From Octopus vulgaris (lineage: Eukaryota): 64,000 nucleotides of DNA. A model generated the notes under the pieces. That model was not told the DNA's origin. It saw nothing but the letters and a program-made list of their open reading frames with translations, and made no database searches. This document shows positions 13,506-25,860 of this stretch, piece after piece. Every line of letters begins with the position of its first letter. Positions within the stretch are counted from its first letter, which is position 1. Where the stretch lies: contig OX597825.1 of NCBI GenBank assembly GCA_951406725.2, positions 15,562,001 through 15,626,000 of the forward strand, written 5' to 3'. Made by a program: the position numbers and the translations under genes.

Positions 13506-14894
13506 TCATATATGTGTATTTATGATTGTTATTTTCCGTATACTTCTCGAAAAACGTTAACCTTCACTATTGCGGAACATTCCAGTGGTGAGATACATTT
13601 TGAAATGCATGTGAAAACTATTAATTCTTCTATTCTTCTGATGTTCTGATGATAATAACTGTCTTTCCTGTGTCTAATAGCTTTGTATAAATCTCTTTAA
13701 ATTCATCAAAGCATTCTTATTGACCAAACAACAATCTGAAGACGAACGAAATAGCAACGGGTATTGGTAAGTAAATGATGGAGCCTGAATGTCAAGTAAT
13801 TAAAATAGCAAAGGTTATTAGGCAATTAATGAGATATTGAGATATGATAGAAGTTAAAAGAAAGCTTCCCAATAATCATCTCTGACATGAAATGTCAATT
13901 ATAGAAGATTTAGAATTTCGTTATTGACTTCATAGCAGCATTTCAATAGAAAGGGAGACTTTTGATCTGTTTCTTACAAAGGCTATATATTCCTTCACAA
14001 CTCTACACACTTTTGGGAGAGAGGTGTAATCAATTAAATGGACGTCAGTTTTTAATTGGTATATATTTTATTCGCCTGTTGAAGATGAACTGCAAAGTCG
14101 ACCTCGACAAGATTTCAAGTTGTTCTATCACCCCATTTTCAGCTGTGATTGAACGCTTTTATAGTAAACAAGTAGTTTCAAGAACGAACAGACGTGACAT
14201 ACAGATCCATCTTTCCAAATACGTAATGTCCATATGCAGATGAGGAGCAAATCAAAGTGCACTCTCCGAAAGGCTTGTTTGATTCATACGTGGCACAGCA
14301 TGACACTATGGACATTTTATATTCCTTTCCGTGTCTAATCTACTCCTAAAGATTCTAACGATAGTCTCAGTGGACGTAGACAATTAGAAAGCTATTCTTA
14401 ACGTTGTGCATCGCACTACAGTGTTCGCAGCCATTAATCACCTTTCAAATGTTGCAGATATTTCTACTTATATGTGTTCCTTCCGCTTGTGATGGTTGGC
14501 TATAATAACGTTCTAGCATGATTAAGTAATGCTCTGTTTTAGAGTGCTGCATATGTGTGTGAATATTTCAATGCAGCTTTCCACAGTGTGAGAATATGTC
14601 TGAACTGTTGCAGTGACAAAATCTACACCACAGATATTCAGATAGACTTTCAGTTTTGGTATTCTTGTTTCATTGCATAGGTACGACATGTTATGATGCT
14701 AACAATGCTGCTCTATGTACTTTGTACAGACAAGAGTTAGAAAAATTTGCAATGCAGGAAGTATTGGGATAATCCATGATATATATAATGTTCTATTTTC
14801 TTTTAAGAACATTACTTATTCAAGAATTATATAAAATAATGTATATGACTTGAGATGATTGTTATCCCTCGGCATTTGTTTCCACTTTCACAGT

Positions 14895-14927
<33 letters not shown>

Positions 14928-15042
14928 CGTGTGTAAATATACGCGTCTGTGTGTATGTGCGTTTTTGTATGTGTGTGTAGAGTATGGAGACGTATTCATG
15001 CATAAAATATATTTTCTCTCTTTAAAAATTTTATACAGTATA

Positions 15043-15443
15043 GACGTAGGAGTGGCTGTGTAGTAAGTAACATGCTTAATAACTACATGGTTCCGGGTTC
15101 AGTCCCACTGCGTGGCACCTTGGGCAAGTGTCTTCTACTATAGCCTCGGGCTGACCAAAGCCTTGGTAGACGGAAACTGAAAGAAACCCATCGTATATAA
15201 GTATATATATATTTATGTGTGTGTATATGCTTGTGTGTCTGTCTTTGTCCCCCCACCCAACATCGGTTGACAACCGATGGTGGTGTGTTTACGTCCCCGT
15301 AACTTAGCGGTTCGGCAAAAGAAACCGACAGAGTAATTACTAGGCTTACAAAGAATAAATCCTGGGGTCGATTTGCTCGATTAAAGGCGGTGCTTCAGCA
15401 TGGCCGCAGTCAAATGACTGAAACAAGTAAAAGAGTAAAAGAG
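15043..15443 (+). mobile_element. SINE family A, near full length
   Basis: GGAGTGGCTGTGTAGTAAG...GGTTCAGTCCCACTGCGTGGCACCTTGGGCAAG...CAGTCAAATGACTGAAACAAGTAAAAGAG. Confidence 0.92.
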
Positions 15444-16394
15444 TAGTATATTATTATTGCCTACACGTGTTTCCACTGCACACTGCACAGGCAACTGACA
15501 CTTGCAGATGTACCCTGGCACTATTATCAGTGCAGCTTCTTCAGGGGTATATACATTTCACCAGTCTCGAAGCCAACTGTGGAGTTAGTTTCTTTTTTTT
15601 TTTTTGTTAGTTAGCGTTCAAGGTAGAGATGTGGAGGAAGTTTTATTTTTGGAAGTGAAACTTGATCCGTTTCCAGGCTTCCTATAATTCTATGTATTTT
15701 CTAGTTAGCATACGAATGATTCTAAGCCTCTGTTATTGAAAACTTATGTAAACATTTACGTCATCTTCTTGATATTAGTATTTATAAAATGTTGCTTGAA
15801 ATCTCATACACCTTTCTTAATCAACTTCAAGTAATACTGGCCGTTGTACGATGTATCCACCTCGTTATATCACTGATCACTGTGTAAATTATACGTATTA
15901 CAAAACCGAATAAACACCTTGTTTACTGACGATTAATCTCATTAGCTAATCCACCAGATATGACAGGAAAAATAAAGTCACTCATTTATTTTGTTTTGCT
16001 TGTGTGAAATAAATAAGACACGTAAATTAGTTAAGTAAAAAGTAAAAAGTAAAATATTTCAAAGAATTAAAATAAATGTAATTATGTAAACAAGGATGTC
16101 TAAGAATTATTTTGTTTAATGAGAAACTAATTAAGACAGATATTTAATGTAACTTATATGTATATTTTGGCTTTTTTTTTTCCTATCTTTTACTTATTTC
16201 AGTCATTAGTCTGCGACCATGCAGAAGAAATCAACTTCAGGACGGATTTTTTAAACCAGCTACTTATTCTATTTGTCTCTTCTTAAGGGAAGATGGCAGA
16301 AAAAGCGAAGCGGTACACACCACCATATATACATATACACACCACCATATATACATATATACATATACACACCACCATATATACATATACTCTC

Positions 16395-16425
<31 letters not shown>

Positions 16426-16428
<3 letters not shown>

Positions 16429-16634
16429 GGTCCCGGGTTGATTCGGGGTTAACCACAGTAAATAAGGTACTCAATACATAGCAGAGTAAAATTAATTTAT
16501 TATATAGAAGGAGCTTCTACAGGACTAGAACTGTTTCATTCAAGAGAAATCTTCAGGAAGCTCAGGAGCTTCCTGAAGATTTCTCTTGAATGAAACAGTT
16601 CTAGTCCTGTAGAAGCTCCTTCTATATAATAAAT
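16426..16634. mobile_element. Short (TA)n-embedded insert ending in a 69-bp-arm fold-back with hammerhead-like core
   Basis: Arms 16495-16563 and 16566-16634 are perfect reverse complements. Each contains CTGAAGA-TTTC tctt GAAT-GAAA-CAGTT. (TA)n on both sides. Confidence 0.75.
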
Positions 16635-16655
16635 ATATATATATATATATATATT

Positions 16656-16839
16656 GGGAGAGTTCACGAACAAAATAACAAAAGACGAATACAGGTGGTC
16701 TATAAAACAAACAGATGTATTAGTATAACGCTCAGGAATAGAAAAAGTCTTTTACGTTTCAAGCCTACGGTCTTCTACAGAAAGGAACACAGAGAAGAAG
16801 AAGGAGAGAAAAAGTTTGTAGTGGCTACCGATCTATCAT
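16656..16839 (-). mobile_element. Non-coding hammerhead-bearing short element, family HH-A, copy 1
   Basis: Aligns with 29427-29611, 39419-39607 and 55292-55480. Minus strand 16749-16784: CTTT-CTGTAGA-A-GACC gtag GCTT-GAAA-CG-TA-AAAG. TA-repeat flanks. Confidence 0.8.
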
Positions 16840-16863
16840 ATATATCCAAATATAACATATGTA

Positions 16864-17835
16864 TTGGTTGTCCGGAAAGTTCGTGCCGATTTATTTCGAC
16901 TTATTTTAGAACATTGGATTAGACTACACCTCCATTTAGAGCACAGTTTAAGCTATCTTTTCGTGGAAGAAGGTTTATGTTCCTATAACCTGTGTTAATT
17001 CTGTAACCCTTTAAAAGGGAAGATAACAAAGTTCATTTTTGGCACTTGATGCTTTTCTTTTTCGGTAAAGGGAAAAATGCCTCACAAGCAACCAAAGAAA
17101 TATGCGCAGTTTATGGTGATGTTTCTTTATCCGAAAGAACTGTACGGAAGTGGTTCGCAAGGTTCCGAGCTGGAGATTGTAGCCTTATTAACAAATAGCG
17201 ATCAGGTAGACTATTCACTACAAATGGTGACCTAATGAACTTATTTATGAGAATAGCCCACATTGCACAACCCGAGAATTGGCAAAAAGCCTCAATCCGT
17301 CGTTCATGAGTACCTGGTAAATCTTGAGTACACAAATCGCTCCGATGTTTGGGTACCACACAAGTTGAGTGAGAAGAAACTTTTGGATCCCATTTCCATC
17401 TGTGATTCGCTTTATAAACGGAATGAAAACGCGCCTTTTTTAAAGCAAATTGTGCCAGGTGATGAGAAATGGATTATCTACCGAAATGTTCAGAGAAAGC
17501 GATCCTGCAGTAAGCGACATGAACCATCCTTAGCCACCCCAAAAGCGGGACTTCACCATAAAAAAAGTCTTGCTTTCTGTATGGTGGGATTGGAAAGGAA
17601 TTCTGTACGATGAGCTTCTCCCAAATAACCAGACAATTAATTCTGAGCAAAACTGCACACAACTGGACGAGTTAAAAGCAACAATTCAACAGGAACGTCC
17701 AGAATTGGCCAACAGGAAGGGTGTTGTATTCCAACATGATAATGCAAGACCTCACGTTTCTTTGGGAACCAGACAAAAAATGCTGAAGCTCGGCTGGGAT
17801 GTGTTACCCCACCCTCAATATTCACCAGATATTGT
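16864..17835 (+). mobile_element. Mariner (DD34D-type) transposon, frameshifted, 3'-truncated
   Basis: WVPHKL, IVPGDEKW, LSVWWDWKG, FQHDNARPH and HPQYSPDI motifs across frames 17016-17833; HTH N-terminus (KNASQATKEICAVYG..WFARFR); TA followed by a putative left TIR at 16864. Confidence 0.93.
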
Positions 17836-17871
17836 GCGGAATTCTATAGATTATGTAAACATTTTGCAGTA

Positions 17872-18255
17872 GGACGCAGACATGGATGTATGGTAACAAG
17901 ATTGCTTCCCAACCACATGGTTCCGGGTTCAGTCCAACTACAAGTCTCGGACTGACCAAAGTCTTGGGAGTAGATTTGATAGATGGAAACTGAAAGAAAC
18001 TTGTCTCACATGTGTGTATGTCTGTGTGTCTGTGTGTACCTCTTGGTGTCTGTGTTTATGCCTGCCACTGCTTCACAACCGATGTTGATGTGTTTACGTC
18101 ACCGTAAGGTAACGTTTTTGCAAAAAATACTAATAGAATAAGCACCAGGAATTTTTTTAATATTAAGTCCTAGCATCGAATGTTTTGGATTAAGATTTTT
18201 CAAGGCGGTGCCCCAGCATGGCCGAAGTCTAATGACTAAAACAAGTAAAAGATTA
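17872..18255 (+). mobile_element. SINE family A, diverged
   Basis: CCAACCACATGGTTCCGGGTTCAGTCC...GGCGGTGCCCCAGCATGGCC. Confidence 0.85.
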
Positions 18256-18269
18256 AAAAATAGTGTCTT

Positions 18270-19075
18270 TCTACCTGATTTTGTTTTGTATGGCATGCTA
18301 TAATGTTTAGCAATGGCTCCTTGAAGTTTGCGGCTTTCAGTTTTACGGTCAAAATTTATAGATTACAATGGTCATTAGTAGCTTATTTGTGGATTCATAT
18401 ATTCACATGCATGTGGTCATTTATTGATAAAGACGTTTTATTTTTTTTCCACTTCTTGGCTTCGTTATTTTTGTCGTATATTATTTGTCTGAGATTGTGG
18501 TCGATTCGATACATTTTGTGTTCCGTTTTATGGGGATTTTGATTATGGGTTCATCTTTTCGTTAGTTTCCATGTATTTGATCTATATAAGATTTTATGTG
18601 CAGTTTTATGAATGTGTATGTATTGGTGCATTCTGCGATGTATTTGTTACATTTGCGTCTGGATTTTTTATAGCTTGATCTACGAGGCTGTTAGAATATC
18701 TGCTGTTAATTAACGTTTATTTTATTCTATGTATTTATTTCTTTGGTGCACCATTTGTGGACAAAAATATAAACGCTCGTCTGAAGAGTGATTTTTACCA
18801 CTGGCATCTTGTAGTTGTTTCGACATTCACGGTTTCTGTGAAAGTATATACATTTATTTGATCATTTGGTATATATTATCATAATTTATCTGTTTTAAAT
18901 TGCATGTTTGTCTAAAACGGAGATTTCATTTGTATTCTGGGTGACTAACTTTAGTAAGGAGTTTATTTCTTTCTCAAGTTGCTCAACTACCTTTAATGTG
19001 TGCATGACGAACTGTATATTCTCTTAGTATTTGGTGTAAATTTTGTGTCTATGTATTGGCATTATTCGTTTCTTC
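18270..19075 (-). pseudogene. Heavily decayed Penelope-like RT thumb plus GIY-YIG remnant
   Basis: Minus-strand fragments read KSLFRRAFIF..., KEIN, LINSRYSNSLVDQAI (PLE RT C-terminal L.RA..I..KEI..L..N.YP pattern), then DHMHV and QGAIAKHY (GIY-YIG region). Many stops and frameshifts. Confidence 0.6.
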
Positions 19076-19154
19076 ATTGTGGGTAAATAGAACTCCACAA
19101 ACCTATCTCTGTGTTACGCTACATCCTGACTATATTTGAACAACCCAAACAATT

Positions 19155-19538
19155 CATGTATATATATATATATACGAGCAAAACGCCCCACATCCAATGG
19201 ATGCTGCTGAGCTGTCAAACATTTAAACCATATTTTCTCAAAACAACTTGTCCGACCATCCCCTAAACCTCCCCTTTGAGAAACACTGATTTAACCTAAA
19301 TTTGAGACACCAGCAAAAGAAGAAATAAAGATAGATGTTTTTTCTATTCCATAGAAAAGCGATTTCCCACGGCTTTATCGATCGCATTCTCACCTGGAAT
19401 CGATTTTTGTAATTTTTTCAAGACTTATACACGCCCTGATACCGTCGGTATTTACATATCAAATTTGAGCGCAAACGGATGGAGGCTGCCCGAGATCCTA
19501 GAAGCCACAAACACAGACTGAACGGAGATGATTATATA

Positions 19539-19545
<7 letters not shown>
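19155..19545 (-). mobile_element. Possible non-autonomous Helitron-like element
   Basis: Minus strand begins TATATAAT..CAGTCTGTGTTTGTG..GATCTCGG..CATCCGTTTGCGCTCAAATTTG, resembling the 5' region of the element at 28878. 3' terminus not clearly identified. Confidence 0.4.
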
Positions 19546-19580
<35 letters not shown>

Positions 19581-19628
19581 CTGTGTGTATGTGTGTGTGT
19601 GTGTGTGGGTGTGGGTGTGTGGGTGTGT

Positions 19629-19674
<46 letters not shown>

Positions 19675-20299
19675 AAGGATACTAGATAGAGTATACAGCC
19701 GTAAAATACTGCGAAGTTTGGCCCTTGGAATTTATACATGTTTATGGATGAGAGTAAGGGCGTTGAGGCACCAAAAAGATTATTCACCTAACATATACAA
19801 TATTCCATTGGTCTCTTTTTACGTGGTTGCTCTTGTTATCGAACCATAAAAGTGATGTCACACATTATATGAGATTTTTTAACCCATCTATACACATCTA
19901 TACAAGTTACTTGACCGAGCGAAGATATCTACTTGTTGCCCATATAATTCAATGATTCAGACCCGGCTATGTTTATTTACAATCAGTACGATTCTCATTT
20001 TCTGAACTTTTCAACCTTTAAATACTTGTATTTTCCTCAATACCTTTCAAAAATACAGTTTCCTGCTTGTGTTTACGTGCGTGTGTGTGTGGGTGTGAGT
20101 GCACTTGTTTTTGTTTTTTAGGCAATATCGAAAAATTAAAGAAACTTTCCAAACTGCATTGAATACGCTTTCCAAAAGTCCGTCCATAATGGCTCCAATA
20201 TATATCTTATCAAAACAAGATTACTTATATGTGAATGTGTTGGTGCTCGTGTATACATGTATACTTATATATATACATACATATACCTATGTATATATA

Positions 20300-20337
<38 letters not shown>

Positions 20338-20414
20338 GGTATATGTATGTATATATATAAATATACATGTACACACGAACGCAAACACACATATATATAT
20401 GTGTGTGTGTGTAC

Positions 20415-20449
<35 letters not shown>

Positions 20450-20487
20450 TGTGTGTGTGTGTGTGCGTGTGTGTGCTTGCGCGCGTG

Positions 20488-20534
<47 letters not shown>

Positions 20535-22299
20535 TTTTTGTATGTTCATGTATGTAAAAATCATTTCTGGTTGCGAAAGATAACGAAACAGATTTTCTCT
20601 TTTATCAATCGCTGCATTTTTTTTTTCCTTCTTGTATTTCTCGAAGAAAGCCTGAGTGTGTGTGTATTGATTGTGCAATGTATATAGAGAAAACCAACAT
20701 CCCTGAGGATAGCTACAGCCTACGCTGGATTCACATGCAATATATTATTACTCGTACAGAATCTCCATGGAACTTGTTTTTGCATGTCTTATAAATGTGC
20801 ACCCTTCCTTCTACTCTGGTTTGCTTTCTCTTCTCGGTCAGTTTGCACAAGGTGTTTATGAATGTGAAAATATCTCAGAACGGGCTACTACAATTTTTTT
20901 GTTGTTGTGTATGCATTGGAAATCTGTGGGCGTATGGACATCTGTGTGTTTCTGTGTGTGTAGGTGTGGATGGATGTATGTATGTATGCGTGTATGGATG
21001 GATATGTTTCTGTTTTGTAAGTGGGAATATTTGCATACTTGTATGTGAAGTGATTTATCTTTTTGTAGCATCTGGAAGGTTTACTCTCAAGATAAATCTT
21101 TCATTATTTTGTTATATTTGTGTTTTGGTTATTTTGTTTTGAATAACTTCGAAGTTATAACTTCACAAGATTTATCTTAAGTTTATTTGCAAACTTATAC
21201 AGTATGATCGAATGGATAAGTAGCTCGCATTCATCAGATACTGAGTTTCATACTTCTGCGCGATTCCCTGGACGCAGTTATTTCTGCCATAGTTTCGAGC
21301 CGATACAAGATTTCTGGGATATCTCCACTGAAGAAGAAACATATATATATATATATATATATTGCTGAATCCGAGATATGTCTAAAATGCTATTTACGCC
21401 TGAGATTGTCTTGTATCTCCATAAGGCTACCATTCCCCCTTGCATCTTTTCTATGGGTATTTCTACGGTCATTAATCTGACGGATTTTCTAGTCTATTAA
21501 TCTCAGTCAAAATTTTAAACGGGTCACTCGCTTCTCTTCTCAGGCGCATAGTTTCTCTGTTGAGCCTCCTCTTTATCTGCTAGTTATAAGTTTGTCTATT
21601 CTAATAACTTCTTTCTTCAAAGTGCTGCTCCCTGGAACTCAGTACTATCATTTCTGGGGTTTTTTTTCCTCTGGTTTATGATATCTAATCTTTAATCATT
21701 CGGTCAATCGTCATCTTTGTATTCATCAATCTCTTCTTTTTCTTATTTGTAGCCCCTTTACTCTTCAGTGGCACTGATCCTTGTTTGGAACAACATTTTA
21801 TACAGATAAAATTGGAGTAGGCCGAATCAACAAAATACCATTTAATTCACAGGCTTGGGTGTGTGGTAAGAAGTCTGCTTCTCAACTACATGGCTCCAGG
21901 TTCAGTCCCACTGCGTTGCACCGAGGCCAGGTATCTTTTAATCTAGCCTCCGACTGAGGTTATTGTACTTTGTGTGTGCGTGTTTGTGTTTGTGGGGTGT
22001 AGATATATTTATGCGCGTGTGTCTTTGTGTCATTGTTTATCCCTCATCACCGCTTGACAACCGGTATTGGTGTGTTTACACCCACGTATTTCAGCGGTTC
22101 GGCAATAGACACTAATAGTATAACTACTAAGCTTTAACGTCATGAATGGAACATTTTTGATAACAAATGAGATCATTCAAGTCTGCAGACCAGAATCATT
22201 TATTACCATAAAGTGTTCCATCAACCACAACAGCTACAACAATAGCAAATAAAATGTATACGGAGCGCAAAAATGGTACTTTCATTACCTCGTAATAAT

Positions 22300-22536
22300 G
22301 ACGGCGAACTGGCAGAAATATTAGTACGCCGGGCGAAATGCTTAGCGGTATTTTGTGTGCCGTTACGTTATGAGTTCAAATTACGCCAAGGTCGACTTTG
22401 CCTTTCATCCTTTCGGGGTCGATAAATTAAGTACCAGTTACGCACTGGGGTCGATGTAATCGACTTAATCCCTTTGTCTGTCTGTCCTTGTTTGTCCTCT
22501 CTGTGTTTAGCCCCTTGAGGATATTAAAGAAATAGG
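22300..22536 (+). mobile_element. SINE family B (Deu/Nin-like central domain)
   Basis: GGCGAACTGGCAGAA...GAGTTCAAATT..GGTCGACTTTGCCTTTCATCCTTTCGGGGTCGATAAATTAAGTACCAG...AAAGAAATAGG. Confidence 0.9.
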
Positions 22537-23440
22537 TACTATCATTACCTCTTAATATCTATCTTAGTCTCTCCTTCTCTCTCTCTCTCTCTCTCTCACC
22601 CTGTATTGTATGCTTAATTCAAAACAATGTGAAACGATAAACATTGCATTTGACAGAGTTATCTGAACGCTAAAGGGTTAAAGTTCTAATTAATATGTTG
22701 TTGTTTTACAAATATTCGTATTGTTTGGAGCTAAACTGATTTGTTAGCCAAAATCTTTGTATCATTTTACAGGTACTTACTTACAATTCATGGGCGTTAT
22801 TAATATATCTATGAAAACGGCGAATAGCAGAACCCTTAGTACATCAAGCAAAATGATTTGCGCTATTACTTCCGACTCACTCATTGCATTCTGAGTTCGA
22901 ATTCAACTCATAATGTCAACTTTGACCGTCAACTCTTCTAAAGTCGCTAAAATACAATATCAGTAATTAACTAGAATGGACGGTATCCACTTACCCCTTT
23001 TTCTCGAAACTGCTGGCCTTGTGCGCCAAAATGTAAAGATGTCATTCATATAGTTTTTAGGGGGACCAGTTAGCAGAGCCGTAAAAGCGCCTTACGTTCA
23101 ATGTTCAAGCCCTGAAATGGGCAGTTTTGAGTTTCATACTATGTGGTCGACAAAATTAATTGTCTGTGAAGCATTATAATCCAACATCTGCCCCCACCAA
23201 TTTTCTGCTCTCATCATCCATTATTGGTATATTTGTGGGTTTATTTATTCTCAGATGCCAAAAGTGTCATGAATAGCTTATAACTAAATCTCATACAGTT
23301 TTGCAACTACATGATTTTGAGTTCAACCACACTATACGATATTTTAGTGGCCTCTGCCATAGCACAGGGCCGATCAATGTCTATTGACAGAATTTAGGAG
23401 ATGAAAACTGAACATGCATATCTATATGTATATATATGTA

Positions 23441-23690
23441 CAGTGTGACCAAATAGTATCACCCGATTCTCATTGTACGTTTCTCAATTAATTTTATTGT
23501 ATAGAACAATGATGAATAATAGCGGAGAATGAAACAATGATAAATACGAACGAAATGGTTCAAAGAGTTCCCCATTCTTTTCGCTACAAGAAAGCAAACG
23601 CAAAGCAACGTTGCGACAAGGACTTTTGGCACAGTTCCAAACTAGTTGTGACGAATTGCTCGTTAATAACTATTTTTTTTGGTTTTTAAT
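23441..23690 (-). mobile_element. Possible right end of a decayed Tc1-like element
   Basis: TA-CAGTGTG terminus; the minus strand reads ..VALRLLSCSEKE..ELFEPF across a frameshift, like a transposase C-terminus. Confidence 0.35.
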
Positions 23691-24655
23691 CATTAAATGA
23701 AAATAAAGTACAGCATTGCACTGTATAACACATTAATTAAAATATATTAAAAGAAAATACGTAGTGTACCGTAGATGACTGAAAACAAATCGCACACACT
23801 CTATGGAACACGCAATTCGGGAGGTGAGTGTGTGGTGTTGTTTTGCATTTATAATAAAATATATATATGAATTATAAAAATATTTTTTTAAATATACAGT
23901 ACTATTTTTACTTTGCGGATTTTCACTTATCGTGGGGGCTTCTGGAACGTAACAAGGGCGGTAGTCGAGGGATTGCTGCATTATGGTTGCATGACAAAAT
24001 ATGGTGTCCCTACTCCCAATGAATAATAAATAGTTTATTTGGTACCTGCTTTTCTTAAGGATACAGTATATGAGTTACTACATCTGGACTTAAAGCAATC
24101 ATATTACACATGTCATACGAACATAATATAATTTTTTTATGAATAATAAAGATGACAGATAGACAACACGTTTGTAAAATATGAATAAATTTGGATTTAC
24201 TTTTGTACGTTGTCATTTATGATAGACATTTTGTGATTCGAGAATTTGCTGAGGTAAACACTTCTTACGTTTACAGCCGAGATATTCATTCAAGGATTTT
24301 TTAATTAATGACTTGAATTTGCGATTACCTTTATTTACTGTTATGTTTTTAGATTCCATATATTCATCACGATTTGTTTGTTTTTTCCCTTCTTTTTCGG
24401 ATTCATTGTAATTATTTTCAGAGTTCTTTCCTTACCTTTCGTTGATAACAATATATCAAAACTTTTTTTTTTATTCCAGAATTTGCTGACATCATCGTAT
24501 AACAGGTTTTTTTTAAATTACCGATGTTTTTTTTTATTAAAGCATATATATATATAAAGTTTCTCTTATTCCTAAATAAAGTGAATGGGTAATACAATTT
24601 AAAACGAATAATGCTTAGTTAAAATATGCCAACTCTTACGTATGTATGAGTGCAT

Positions 24656-24700
<45 letters not shown>

Positions 24701-24704
<4 letters not shown>

Positions 24705-24955
24705 TAAACGGTGAAATATAATTAATTTAATAAAATCAATAAATTTCATCTAGTAGTATTTCGGTATGGAAAAGACCATATTCAGTAAAAATTAATTTAT
24801 ATAATTATAATAAGGGTTTTTTGCATTCTTTGTGGAGACTTATTTTTGTAGTAATAGATATAGTAGCCCTTTGACTGCTATTTCTAATATTTTCGGTATG
24901 TTGTTTAAGCAACTTGTTGCAAAAAACCCTTATTATAATTATATAAATTAATTTA
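24701..24955. mobile_element. (TA)n-embedded insert with 37-bp inverted repeat and degenerate hammerhead-like core
   Basis: IR 24789-24825 / 24918-24954. Minus strand 24759-24785: CTGAATA-T-GGT...ACC-GAAA. (TA)n on both flanks. Confidence 0.6.
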
Positions 24956-25143
24956 CATATATATATATATATATATATATAGTAAAAGCAATTAAGATTA
25001 AAGTGAGTTCTGTTGAATTCACATGTATGCGGTACTTAACTTAGATGCACCAGAAATCTATATGGTGTTAACCATAAAATAATGCAGGGTGATTATAAAT
25101 AAGAAAAAAACATATTTTTCTTATTTATATATACATATATATA

Positions 25144-25221
25144 TACCATCTGATGATCTTGTAGATGTCTGCGGGTTTATATACGTAGATATTAACAAGT
25201 GAAATCAATGGGTCGTAGGTA
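25144..25221 (+). ncRNA. Type I hammerhead ribozyme with long stem II and GUC triplet
   Basis: TACCAT-[CTGATGA]-T-CTTGTAGATGTCTGCG ggtttatata CGTAGATATTAACAAG-T-[GAAA]-TC aatg GG-TC-GTAGGTA. Canonical core, ~15-bp stem II with G-U pairs, bulged stem I. Confidence 0.72.
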
Positions 25222-25626
25222 ATCGTTTATATTTCGTATGTTTTCATTTTTCTTACTCATTTTTGCATTTTGACATTTTGCTGGGATTATTTTCTTGAGA
25301 AAATATTCTTCGTGGTAATGGCGATTTGACGTCTGTGTTTAGCATATAGGGTGTCCACTTTAGTGGTCATTCCTCATAATTTTGTGTATATATATATATA
25401 TATATCGGAGTAGAATGAAACAGGGAATTTGGTTAAATTTTTTATTATAACATCATCGATTACATAATCTTTTCAACTGTATTGCTGGCATAAACCAGGA
25501 AGGGATATGGGATCGTTAACAAGACGATCGCATAACCACCATCTGAACAGGCAGGTAACAAACAACAGATCAAATTAGCTTTTACTTCTGACGATCTAGC
25601 GTTAATTGGTAATTATTCACCCTTAA

Positions 25627-25860
25627 GGCAGCGAGCTGGCAGAAACGTTAGCACGTCGGGCGAAATGCTCCGCGGTATTTCGTCTGCCGCTACGTTCTGA
25701 GTTCAAATTCCGCCGAGGTCGACTTTGCCTTTCATTCTTTCGGGGTCGATAAATTAAGGACCAGTTACGCACTGGGGTTGGCATAATCGACTTAATCCGT
25801 TTGTCTTTCCTTGTTTGTTCTCCCTGTGTTTAGGCCCCTGAGGGTTGTAAACGAATAGGT
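25627..25860 (+). mobile_element. SINE family B
   Basis: Near-consensus match to 47651-47887. Confidence 0.92.

Noticed and set aside
13731-13766. CTGAAGA-CGAAC-GAAA with CAAT/ATTG flanks as a hammerhead
   Set aside because: No stem II or III and no UH triplet in register; likely chance.
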